Below are positions 52,887-61,453 of a stretch of DNA of 64,000 nt, one piece after another. The notes below the pieces were generated by a model that did not search any database, was not told the origin of the DNA, and worked only from the letters and a program-made list of their open reading frames with translations. How positions within the stretch are numbered: position 1 is the first letter of the stretch; every line of letters starts with the position of its first letter. The stretch comes from Chthonobacter albigriseus (GTDB taxonomy: Bacteria; Pseudomonadota; Alphaproteobacteria; Rhizobiales; Pleomorphomonadaceae): the NCBI RefSeq assembly GCF_013839445.1, contig NZ_JACDIT010000001.1, forward strand, positions 860,658 through 924,657, given 5' to 3'. The translations under genes were made by a program, and so were the position numbers.

Positions 52887-53055
52887 GTCCCACCTGTCAT
52901 CAAGGCACCCGTCATCAAACGGGAAATGTGGTCGGAAAAGGAGGCCAGGACAAGTCGGCCTTTACGCCGTCTGCGAGCGGGCGCTAAAAGGGCTCGCGCC
53001 GGCCCGGGAAACGGGCCGTGCCATCGTTTTCGCCAGACAGGACAAGGACCCCGCC

Positions 53056-53775
53056 ATGCGCCCATCGCGCCGTGCCCCCGACGAGCTTCGCGCCGTCTCC
53101 CTGACGCGGGGCTTCTCCAAGCACGCGGAGGGCTCCTGCCTCGTCAAGTTCGGCGACACGCACGTGCTGGTCACCGCGTCGGTGGAGGAGAAGGTGCCGT
53201 CCTGGCTGCGCGGCGGCGGCAAGGGCTGGGTGACCGCCGAATACGGCATGCTGCCGCGCGCGACCGGCGACCGGATGCGCCGCGAGGCGGCCGCGGGCAA
53301 GCAGTCGGGCCGGACACTGGAGATCCAGCGGCTGATCGGCCGGTCGCTTCGTGCGGTGATCGACCCGATCGCCCTCGGCGAGAAGCAGATCGTGATCGAC
53401 TGCGACGTGCTGCAGGCGGACGGCGGGACGCGGACCGCCTCGATCACCGGCGCCTTCGTGGCGCTGCACGACTGCATCGAGTGGATGCGCGCGCGCAACA
53501 TGATCCCGGCGGCCGCCAAGGTCCTGAAGGACCACGTGGCGGCGGTGTCGTGCGGGATCCATGGCGGCAAGCCGGTGCTCGACCTCGACTACGCCGAGGA
53601 TTCCACCGCCGAGACGGACGCCAACTTCGTGATCACCGGCAAGGGCGGGATCGTGGAGATCCAGGGCACCGCGGAAGGCACGCCGTTCACCGAGGAGGAG
53701 TTCGCCGCGCTGCTGGCCCTCGCCAAGGGCGGCATCGAGACGCTGGTGGCGCTGCAGAAGCAGGCGATCGCCTGA
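53056..53775 (+). CDS. rph: Ribonuclease PH
   Basis: [38 protein letters not shown]… and the TRT motif ([13 protein letters not shown]). Confidence 0.95.
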   Translation: MRPSRRAPDELRAVSLTRGFSKHAEGSCLVKFGDTHVLVTASVEEKVPSWLRGGGKGWVTAEYGMLPRATGDRMRREAAAGKQSGRTLEIQRLIGRSLRAVIDPIALGEKQIVIDCDVLQADGGTRTASITGAFVALHDCIEWMRARNMIPAAAKVLKDHVAAVSCGIHGGKPVLDLDYAEDSTAETDANFVITGKGGIVEIQGTAEGTPFTEEEFAALLALAKGGIETLVALQKQAIA

Positions 53776-53789
53776 GAAGGACATCGGCC

Positions 53790-54437
53790 ATGACCCGCAC
53801 GCTGCCGGACAAGAATCTGCTGGTCGCCAGCCACAACAAGGGCAAGATCCGCGAACTGGAGTTCCTGTTCGAGGGCTACGACCTTGCCATGGTGACGGCG
53901 GGCGAACTCGGCCTGCCGGAGCCGGAGGAGACCGGCACCACCTTCGTGGAGAACGCGCGAATCAAGGCGCTGGCCGCCGCAAAGGCTTCGGGCCGGGTGG
54001 CGCTGGCCGACGACAGCGGGCTCTGCGTGGAGGCGCTCGGCGGCGCGCCCGGCGTCTACACCGCGGACTGGGCGGGCGTGCCCCGCGACTGGGACCGGGC
54101 GATGCGGCTCGTGGAGGAGGAACTCCACAAGGTGGGCGCCGTGGCGCCGGAGCAGCGCAAGGCGAAGTTCGTGTCGCTGCTCTGCCTGGCCTGGCCGGAC
54201 GGCCATACGCAGGAGTATCTCGGCGAGGTGAACGGCACACTGGTCTGGCCGCCGCGGCGCGGGCCGATCGCCTACGGCTACGATCCCGTGTTCATGCCGG
54301 AGGGAGAAACGCGGACGTTCGGCGAGATGACGGCCGAAGAAAAGCACGGCTCGATCAAGGGGACGCCGCGCTCGCACCGGGCACGCTCGGCCGCCCTGTT
54401 CGCTGCCGACGTGCTGGACCCGGCGGACGGGCGATGA
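53790..54437 (+). CDS. rdgB: Non-canonical purine NTP pyrophosphatase (RdgB/HAM1)
   Basis: LVASHNKGKIRELEFLF…DDSGL…FGYDPVF motifs. In frame within the long artefactual ORF 51687..54437. Confidence 0.9.
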   Translation: MTRTLPDKNLLVASHNKGKIRELEFLFEGYDLAMVTAGELGLPEPEETGTTFVENARIKALAAAKASGRVALADDSGLCVEALGGAPGVYTADWAGVPRDWDRAMRLVEEELHKVGAVAPEQRKAKFVSLLCLAWPDGHTQEYLGEVNGTLVWPPRRGPIAYGYDPVFMPEGETRTFGEMTAEEKHGSIKGTPRSHRARSAALFAADVLDPADGR

Positions 54438-55639
54438 CCGCCCGGGGCGATCTCCTCTCCGGCCTCGCGCCGCACCCGGCGGGAACTCCGGCCGAGGGCT
54501 TCGGTGTCTATGTGCACTGGCCCTTCTGTGCCGCCAAGTGCCCCTATTGCGACTTCAACAGCCACGTCCGGCACGGCGGGGTGGACCAGGAGCGGTTCGC
54601 CGCCGGGCTCGTCGCCGAACTGACAACGATGGCGCGGCTGGCGCCCGGGCGGACGGTGACCAGCGTGTTCCTCGGCGGGGGCACGCCGTCGCTGATGGAC
54701 CCGGCGGTGGTCGGCCGGGTGCTGGACGCCGTGGGGCGGCTGTGGACGGTTTCCGGCGATGCCGAGATCACGATGGAGGCGAACCCGTCGAGCGTGGAGG
54801 CGGAGCGGTTCCGCGGCTATCGCGCGGCGGGGGTGAACCGCGTGTCGCTGGGCGTGCAAGCGCTCAACGACGAGGACCTGCGCTTCCTTGGCCGGCTGCA
54901 CGACGTCGACCAGGCGCTGGTGGCGATCGAGACGGCGCGGGCGACCTTCCCGCGGTTGTCGTTCGACCTGATCTACGCCCGGCCGGGGCAGACGGTTGAG
55001 GCCTGGGAGGCGGAGCTCGCCCGCGCGATCGGGCTGGCGGCGGACCACCTGTCGCTCTACCAGCTGACGATCGAGCCGGACACGCGCTTCGAGGCGCTCT
55101 TCAACGCCGGCAAGCTGCAGATCCCGGACCCGGATCTCGCCGCCGACCTCTACGAGGCGACGCAGCGGGTGACGGAAGCCGCCGGGCTGCCGGCCTACGA
55201 GATCTCCAACCACGCCGTTCCGGGCGCGGAGAGCCGGCACAATCTGGTCTACTGGCGCTACGGCGAGTACATCGGCGTCGGCGCCGGGGCGCACGGGCGC
55301 GTGGTGCTGCCGGACGGCGATGGACGGTTCGCCACGATGACCGAGCGGAACCCGGAAGCCTGGCTGCAGCGGGTGGAAGCGGGCGGCCACGGGGTGATCG
55401 AGACGGAGACGATCGTCGGCGAGAGCGCGGGCGACGAGATGCTCCTGATGGGCCTCCGGCTGCGCGAGGGCATCGACCCGGCCCGCTACGAGCGGCTTGC
55501 CGGCCGCTCGTTCGACGAGAAGCGGATCGCCGACCTGCTCCAACACGAGATGGTGGAGATCCTGCCCGACGGGCGGATCCGCGCCTCACACGGGGGATGG
55601 TTCGTGCTCGACGCGGTGGTGGCGGACCTCGCCGCCTAA
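54434..55639 (+). CDS. hemW: Radical SAM family heme chaperone HemW (HemN-like, oxygen-independent coproporphyrinogen oxidase family)
   Basis: CxxxCxYC radical SAM motif (CAAKCPYCDF), HemN C-domain. Start overlaps the rdgB stop. Confidence 0.88.
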   Translation: MTARGDLLSGLAPHPAGTPAEGFGVYVHWPFCAAKCPYCDFNSHVRHGGVDQERFAAGLVAELTTMARLAPGRTVTSVFLGGGTPSLMDPAVVGRVLDAVGRLWTVSGDAEITMEANPSSVEAERFRGYRAAGVNRVSLGVQALNDEDLRFLGRLHDVDQALVAIETARATFPRLSFDLIYARPGQTVEAWEAELARAIGLAADHLSLYQLTIEPDTRFEALFNAGKLQIPDPDLAADLYEATQRVTEAAGLPAYEISNHAVPGAESRHNLVYWRYGEYIGVGAGAHGRVVLPDGDGRFATMTERNPEAWLQRVEAGGHGVIETETIVGESAGDEMLLMGLRLREGIDPARYERLAGRSFDEKRIADLLQHEMVEILPDGRIRASHGGWFVLDAVVADLAA

Positions 55640-55715
55640 GATAAGCTGCCAACCGGCAGGCGCTGCCGCCACCGAGGTCGCGGACCTCGCCGCCTGAGCG
55701 GCGGGGCCGGGTGGA

Positions 55716-56933
55716 TCAGAAGCCGGTGAAGGCGCGCGGCGCGGGCTGGACCAGCCGTGGTGCGCCGCCGGTGGCCTCGTAGATGGCGAGGCCGCGATCG
55801 TTGGTGCCGTCCGCGTTGAAGCGGAACAGGCCGTTCACGCCCGAAATGAAGCCCTGCGGATCGGCGAGGACGGAGCGCTGGAATCGCTGGGTTCCAGCCT
55901 GCTTGACAAGGCTCGCCGCCAGCACCACCGCGTCGTAGGCGAGTGTGGCGGTCAGTTGCGGCTCGCTGCCGTAGGCGGCGCGGTAGCGGCCCGTGAAGGT
56001 CTGGAAGCCTGAGATCTCGGGGGCCGGGAACCACGCGCCGACGAGCGCCGGATTGGCGTAGACCGCCGGATTGTTCCAGGTGCCTGAGCCGAGCACGCGG
56101 ACGCGACGGGTGTCGACACCCGCGCTCACGAGTTGCTGGACGACGGCCGCCGCGCGATCGTCCGGGATGAAGATGCCGTCGATCTGGGCGGCATTGGCAG
56201 CGACTGCCGCCACCTTCTGCGGCAGATCCTGGCCGGAGTACTGCTCGACCTGGACGAGGCGGATGCCGTAGCGCGGCGCCATCTGACGGAGCGCGGCCTC
56301 GGCGAGGGTGCCGAAGGCGCCGGTGGAGATCAGGGCCGCCATCGAGCGGAGACCGCCGGTGGAGGCCTGGGCCAGCAACTGGCGGACCTGGTCGTCGACC
56401 AGGAAGCCCATGATGTAGATGCCGGGCTGGGCGACGCCGGGATCGGAGGAGAAGGAGAGCACCGGAACCCCCGCCGCGCCGGCGATCGGGGCGACCTGGC
56501 GCACCTCGTCGGCGAAGACCGGGCCGAGGATGATCTCGGCGCCCTCGGCGATGGCCTGCTGGGCGGCGGCGGCGGCCACCGGCCCGGTGCCGCCGGAATC
56601 CTTGACGAGGATGGTGATGTCGGCGCCCACGAAATCGCGCAGGCCGAGTTCGGCCGCGTTGCGCATGGCCGTGGCCAGAGCCGCGGCGTTGCCCTGCGCC
56701 GTGCGCGGCAACAGCAGGCCGACGCGCACATTGCCGGTGCCGATCGTCTCGCCGGTGGGCACCGGCAAGGTGCTCTGCATCGGTGCGATGGGCTGATAGG
56801 TCATGCCGCCGCCGGTGGGGGCGCAGCCGGCCAGAGCCGCCGCCGAACCACCGAGAAGGAAGAGTGCCTGCCGCCTGGAGAAATGACGCCGTCCTTGTTC
56901 GGACGCGCGTTCGTCGTCGCCGACCCTGTTCAT
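55716..56933 (-). CDS. Periplasmic-binding-fold lipoprotein, LpoA/YraM-like (penicillin-binding protein activator family) or Leu/Ile/Val-binding type
   Basis: Lipobox (LLGGSAAALAGCA). Type 1 periplasmic binding fold. Divergent from rsmI-yraN exactly as E. coli yraM(lpoA)/yraL/yraN, supporting an LpoA-like assignment. Confidence 0.6.
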   Translation of the reverse strand: MNRVGDDERASEQGRRHFSRRQALFLLGGSAAALAGCAPTGGGMTYQPIAPMQSTLPVPTGETIGTGNVRVGLLLPRTAQGNAAALATAMRNAAELGLRDFVGADITILVKDSGGTGPVAAAAAQQAIAEGAEIILGPVFADEVRQVAPIAGAAGVPVLSFSSDPGVAQPGIYIMGFLVDDQVRQLLAQASTGGLRSMAALISTGAFGTLAEAALRQMAPRYGIRLVQVEQYSGQDLPQKVAAVAANAAQIDGIFIPDDRAAAVVQQLVSAGVDTRRVRVLGSGTWNNPAVYANPALVGAWFPAPEISGFQTFTGRYRAAYGSEPQLTATLAYDAVVLAASLVKQAGTQRFQRSVLADPQGFISGVNGLFRFNADGTNDRGLAIYEATGGAPRLVQPAPRAFTGF

Positions 56934-57132
56934 GACTTCACCTGCCCGTGCCGCTCGGGGTGATCGACTTCTACGTCTGTCATCGCGTACATATCAAAGT
57001 GCAACGTGGCGTGCAGGCAACATTTTCGTGGACAATGCGATCCCCCTGCCCCCTTGTTCGCCGCGCCTGTGTGGCCGCACGGCAACGTCGGCCCCGCCCA
57101 GCCCCTCCTCACCTTATGCGACCGGCTCGACC

Positions 57133-58077
57133 ATGAGTTCTCCAGACAGCGCCGCGCCAACGAACGGCTACTCGATCGACGGCGTCGGCTTCCGCGCCAA
57201 GCCGATCGCGCCCGGCCTCTACGCCGTGGCGACCCCGATCGGCAACCTTTCCGACATCTCGATTCGGGCGCTGGAGACGCTGGCCGCCGCCGACCTGATC
57301 GTGTGCGAGGACACGCGGGTGACGCGCACGCTGCTCGACCGCTACGGCATCAAGAAGCCGATGGCGGCCTATCACGAACACAACGCCGCACGCGAACGGC
57401 CCCGGTTGCTGGCGATCCTGAAAGGCGACAAGACGATCGCGCTCGTCTCCGACGCCGGCACGCCGCTGGTGTCCGACCCCGGCTACAAGCTGGTGGAGGA
57501 GGCGATCGAGGCCGGCGTCACCGTGGTGCCGATCCCGGGCCCGTCGGCTATCCTCGCGGCGCTGGTGGCGGCCGGGCTGCCGACCGACGCTTTCCTTTTC
57601 GTGGGCTTCCTGCCGCCGAAATCCGGCGCGCGGCGCAATCGGCTGGCCGAATTCAAGAGCGTGCCGGCGACGCTGGTGCTTTACGAGGCGCCGCACCGGG
57701 CCGCCGAGACGCTGGCCGACATGGCGCAGGTGCTGGGACCGGAGCGGCCGGGCGTGCTGGCGCGGGAGATCACCAAGAAGTTCGAGGAGGTGCGCCGTGG
57801 TACGCTGCAGAGCCTCGCCGACGGAGCGGTGAGCGATCCGCCGCGCGGGGAGATCGTGCTGCTCGCCGGTCCACCGGCACGGGCGGAGGCTTCGGCCGAC
57901 GACCTCGACGCGCTCCTGAAGGCGGCGCTTTCCGGCAGCGGGCCCGGCCAGGCGGCCGCGGAGGTGGCGAAGGCGACCGGCCGGCCGCGCCGGGAGGTCT
58001 ACCAGCGGGCCCTGGCGCTCCGCGCCACGCTCGACGCCGCCGGCGACGACGCGGACGGCCAGGACGACGGGGCATGA
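57133..58077 (+). CDS. rsmI: 16S rRNA (cytidine1402-2'-O)-methyltransferase
   Basis: Tetrapyrrole-methylase fold with RsmI motifs (LYAVATPIGNLSDIS…EDTR…). Start at the internal Met MSSPDSAAP. Confidence 0.9.
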   Translation: MSSPDSAAPTNGYSIDGVGFRAKPIAPGLYAVATPIGNLSDISIRALETLAAADLIVCEDTRVTRTLLDRYGIKKPMAAYHEHNAARERPRLLAILKGDKTIALVSDAGTPLVSDPGYKLVEEAIEAGVTVVPIPGPSAILAALVAAGLPTDAFLFVGFLPPKSGARRNRLAEFKSVPATLVLYEAPHRAAETLADMAQVLGPERPGVLAREITKKFEEVRRGTLQSLADGAVSDPPRGEIVLLAGPPARAEASADDLDALLKAALSGSGPGQAAAEVAKATGRPRREVYQRALALRATLDAAGDDADGQDDGA

Positions 58078-58451
58078 CACGCGACCGGGACGCCCGCCAC
58101 GCGGCGTACCGGAAGGGCCTCAGGGCCGAGTGGGTCGCCGCTTGGCTGCTGCGGCTGAAGGGCTTCCGCGTGCTTGCCGCCCGATTCAAGACGCCTGCCG
58201 GCGAGATCGACCTGATCGCGCGGCGCGGCCAGCTGATCGTGTTCGTGGAGGTGAAGGCACGCGGCGACGAGGCGCGCGCGGTGGAGGCGGTGACACCGGC
58301 CGCCAAGGCGCGGATCGCCCGGGCGGCCTCGCTCTACCTCAACCGCCATCCACGGCTGGCGACGCTCGACCGGCGCTTCGACATCGTGTTCGTGGCACCG
58401 GGCCGGCTGCCCGTTCACCGGCCCGGCGCCTTCGAAAGTCCGCTAGATTGA
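58074..58451 (+). CDS. yraN: YraN family (UPF0102) predicted endonuclease
   Basis: ~125 aa; conserved …GEIDLIARRGQLIVFVEVKAR… motif. ATG overlaps the rsmI stop. Confidence 0.85.
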   Translation: MTRDRDARHAAYRKGLRAEWVAAWLLRLKGFRVLAARFKTPAGEIDLIARRGQLIVFVEVKARGDEARAVEAVTPAAKARIARAASLYLNRHPRLATLDRRFDIVFVAPGRLPVHRPGAFESPLD

Positions 58452-58555
58452 GACCGGATGCCCTGCGCGATGTCAGGCGGGCGGTGGACAAGGGGGAGCG
58501 GCTCGGACCATAACTTCCGCCGACGCCCTGCCCTTCTCGCCGGAGCCCCGCTTCC

Positions 58556-59497
58556 ATGTCGCTGACCGTCGCCGTCCAGATGGACCACATCGCCTCGATC
58601 CGTGTGGCGGGAGATTCCACCTTCGCGCTGATGCTGGAGGCGGAGCGGCGCGGCCACCGGCTGCTGCACTACACGCCCGACCGGCTGGCGCTGCGCCGCA
58701 ACCGGGTGACCGCCCAGGTGGAGCCGGTGCGCGTGCGCGACGAGCCGGGCAGCCACTTCAGCTTCGGAGCGGCGGAGACGATCGATCTCGCCGGCGTGGA
58801 CGTGGTGCTGCTGCGGCAGGACCCGCCCTTCGACATGGCCTACGTGACGACCACCCATTTCCTGGAGCGGATCCACCCTGAGACGCTGGTGGTGAACAAC
58901 CCGGCGGAGGTGCGCAACGCGCCGGAGAAGCTGTTCGTGATGGACTTTCCGGACCTGATGCCGGAGACGCTGATCACGCGCTACGGGGCCGAGATCCGCG
59001 CCTTCCGCAAGGAGTTCGGCGACATCGTGATGAAGCCGCTCTACGGCAACGGCGGCCAGGGCGTGTTCCGCGTGAAGCCGGAGGACGAGAACTTCGGCTC
59101 GCTGATGGACCTGTTCACCAGCCAGTTCCGCGAGCCGTGGGTGGTGCAGCGCTACCTGCCGGCCGTGCGGGCGGGCGACAAGCGGATCATCCTCGTGGAC
59201 GGGGTGTTCGCCGGAGCGGTGAACCGGGTGCCGGCGCCGGACGACCTCAGGTCCAACATGGTGCGCGGCGGGGCGGCGGAGACGACCGAACTCACCGAGC
59301 GCGAGCGCGAGATCTGCGAGACGATCGGGCCGGAGCTGAAGCGCCGCGGGCTGATCTTCGTGGGCATCGACGTGATCGGCGGCAACCTGACCGAGATCAA
59401 CGTGACCTCGCCGACCGGGCTGCGCGCGATCAAGCGGCTCGGCGGACCGGATGTGGCGGCGATGATCTGGGACGCCATCGAGGCCAAGCGCGGCTGA
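58556..59497 (+). CDS. gshB: Glutathione synthetase
   Basis: ATP-grasp GshB; the loop motif [13 protein letters not shown] is diagnostic. Confidence 0.93.
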   Translation: MSLTVAVQMDHIASIRVAGDSTFALMLEAERRGHRLLHYTPDRLALRRNRVTAQVEPVRVRDEPGSHFSFGAAETIDLAGVDVVLLRQDPPFDMAYVTTTHFLERIHPETLVVNNPAEVRNAPEKLFVMDFPDLMPETLITRYGAEIRAFRKEFGDIVMKPLYGNGGQGVFRVKPEDENFGSLMDLFTSQFREPWVVQRYLPAVRAGDKRIILVDGVFAGAVNRVPAPDDLRSNMVRGGAAETTELTEREREICETIGPELKRRGLIFVGIDVIGGNLTEINVTSPTGLRAIKRLGGPDVAAMIWDAIEAKRG

Positions 59498-59594
59498 CGG
59501 ATCAGGAACATACGATCCTTTTTTGTTCTTCTCCCGTTCTTGACTTTCAACCCTGCATAACGCAAGGTTGCAGAAGAACTCGGGAGAATTCGGC

Positions 59595-61136
59595 ATGGTG
59601 GCCCACGTCAGGACCGTGTGTTTCCAGGGGATCGAAGCGGTGCCGGTGGACGTGCAGGTCCACATGGGCCCGGGTGATCCCAAGCTCATCATCGTCGGGC
59701 TCGGCGACAAGGCGGTGGCGGAGAGCAAGGAGCGCATCCGCGCCGCGCTGACGGCCTCGGGCCTTGCGCTGCCGCTCCGGCGGATCACCGTCAACCTCGC
59801 GCCGGCCGACCTGCCGAAGGAAGGCAGCCACTACGACCTGCCGATCGCGCTCGGGATCATGGCGGTGATGGGCGCCGTGCCGGCCGACGCGCTGGACGGT
59901 CTGGTGGTGCTCGGCGAGCTTTCCCTCGACGGGACGCTGACACCGGTGGCCGGATCCCTGCCGGCGGCGATCGCGGCGAATGCGGAGGGACGCGGCATCC
60001 TGTGCCCGAAGGGCTGCGGTGCGGAGGCGGCATGGGCGGATCCGTCGATGCCGGTGCTTGCGCCGATGAGCCTGATCGCCATCGCCAACCATTTCAAGGG
60101 CACGCAGGTGCTGTCGCGGCCCGAGCCGCGGACGGCGGAGACTTCCGGCGCGCTGCCCGACCTGGCGGATGTGAAGGGGCAGGAGAGCGCCAAGCGCGCT
60201 CTGGAGATCGCGGCAGCGGGCGGCCACACGCTGCTGATGGTCGGGCCGCCGGGGTCCGGCAAGTCGATGCTCGCCGCGCGGCTACCGTCGCTGCTGCCGC
60301 CGCTCGGGCCGCGTGAACTGTTGGAGATCTCCATGGTGGCCTCGATCGCCGGAACGCTGGCGGACGGGCGGCTCACCGACCGGCGGCCTTTCCGCGCGCC
60401 CCACCACTCCGCTTCGATGGCCGCGCTGGTGGGCGGCGGGCTGCGGGCCAGGCCCGGGGAGATCTCGCTTGCGCACCACGGCGTGCTGTTCCTTGACGAA
60501 CTGCCGGAGTTCCAACCGGCGGTGCTGGACAGCCTGCGCCAGCCGCTGGAGAGCGGCGACGTGGTGATCGCACGCGCGAACTCGCGGGTCACCTACCCCG
60601 CCCGGTTCCAGCTGGTGGCGGCGATGAATCCGTGCCGCTGCGGGATGGCGGGCACGCCAGGCTTCAGCTGCCGGCGCGGACAGCGCTGCGCCGCGGACTA
60701 TCAGGCGCGGATCTCAGGCCCGCTGCTCGACCGCTTCGACCTGAAGCTGGAGGTGCCCGCCGTCTCGGCGGCGGACCTCCTCATGCCGGGCCGGCGGTCC
60801 GGGGAGCCGTCGGCGGTGGTCGCCGCCCGCGTCGCGGCGGCGCGGCGGATCCAGGCGGAGCGCTTCGCCGCGCTTGGCCGGCCGGATGTTCTCACCAACA
60901 CCGCCACGCCGGCCGATATGGTGGAGGCGATCGCTGCGCTGGACGGCGCCGCCCTGCGGCTTCTGAAGGACGCGACGGAGAAGCTGCGGCTGTCCGCCCG
61001 CGGGTACCACCGGGTGCTGAAGGTCGCGCGGACCCTGGCCGACCTGGACGCGGTCGAGGGCGTCGGCCGGATCCACGTGGCGGAGGCGCTCGCCTACCGG
61101 CAGACCATGGAGGCGGCGCCCATGCTGGCGGCCTGA
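59595..61136 (+). CDS. comM: YifB/ComM family Mg-chelatase-like AAA+ ATPase
   Basis: N-terminal Lon-like domain, Walker A GPPGSGKS, ChlI-type AAA+, and C-terminal Mg_chelatase_C. Start at MVAHVRTV. Confidence 0.9.
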   Translation: MVAHVRTVCFQGIEAVPVDVQVHMGPGDPKLIIVGLGDKAVAESKERIRAALTASGLALPLRRITVNLAPADLPKEGSHYDLPIALGIMAVMGAVPADALDGLVVLGELSLDGTLTPVAGSLPAAIAANAEGRGILCPKGCGAEAAWADPSMPVLAPMSLIAIANHFKGTQVLSRPEPRTAETSGALPDLADVKGQESAKRALEIAAAGGHTLLMVGPPGSGKSMLAARLPSLLPPLGPRELLEISMVASIAGTLADGRLTDRRPFRAPHHSASMAALVGGGLRARPGEISLAHHGVLFLDELPEFQPAVLDSLRQPLESGDVVIARANSRVTYPARFQLVAAMNPCRCGMAGTPGFSCRRGQRCAADYQARISGPLLDRFDLKLEVPAVSAADLLMPGRRSGEPSAVVAARVAAARRIQAERFAALGRPDVLTNTATPADMVEAIAALDGAALRLLKDATEKLRLSARGYHRVLKVARTLADLDAVEGVGRIHVAEALAYRQTMEAAPMLAA

Positions 61137-61453
61137 CGGAGATCCGCGATCCCGCCGTTCGGGCGGGCCTGCGGACGGACGAGCGAGGATCCCGGGGTTT
61201 GACAAGCGATCCGGCGGGGGAGGCGGCGATGGACGAAGTTCGGAGGGGTGAGCACTGCGAGCGGCCGGCGGGCGGGCGGCATCGCCCGTCACCGCGGCCG
61301 GGAGCATCGGCGAGCGCCGGCGGGGGGCAAGCTCCCTCCGGGCCGTCCGGGCAACGGATTGGAAACCGGCGGCGGCGTAGGGTTCCCGAACCTGCGGGTG
61401 GCGGCGGTGACGCGCGCGCAATCCCGTTCGCCAGGAACCGAACCGGATCGACG

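Noticed and set aside
51115-52893. 592-aa minus-strand ORF
   Set aside because: Chimeric. Only the C-terminal 195 aa are GrpE; upstream it continues in a frame overlapping the real hrcA gene.
52887-53055. Looked for a CIRCE operator upstream of hrcA
   Set aside because: No TTAGCACTC-N9-GAGTGCTAA-like inverted repeat is present. Only a weak sigma32-like match, so not reported as a feature.
59498-59594. Possible terminator after gshB (GGATC-N10-GATCC + TTTTTTG)
   Set aside because: Stem only 5 bp; T-tract is good but hairpin too weak to call confidently. The region more likely holds the comM promoter.
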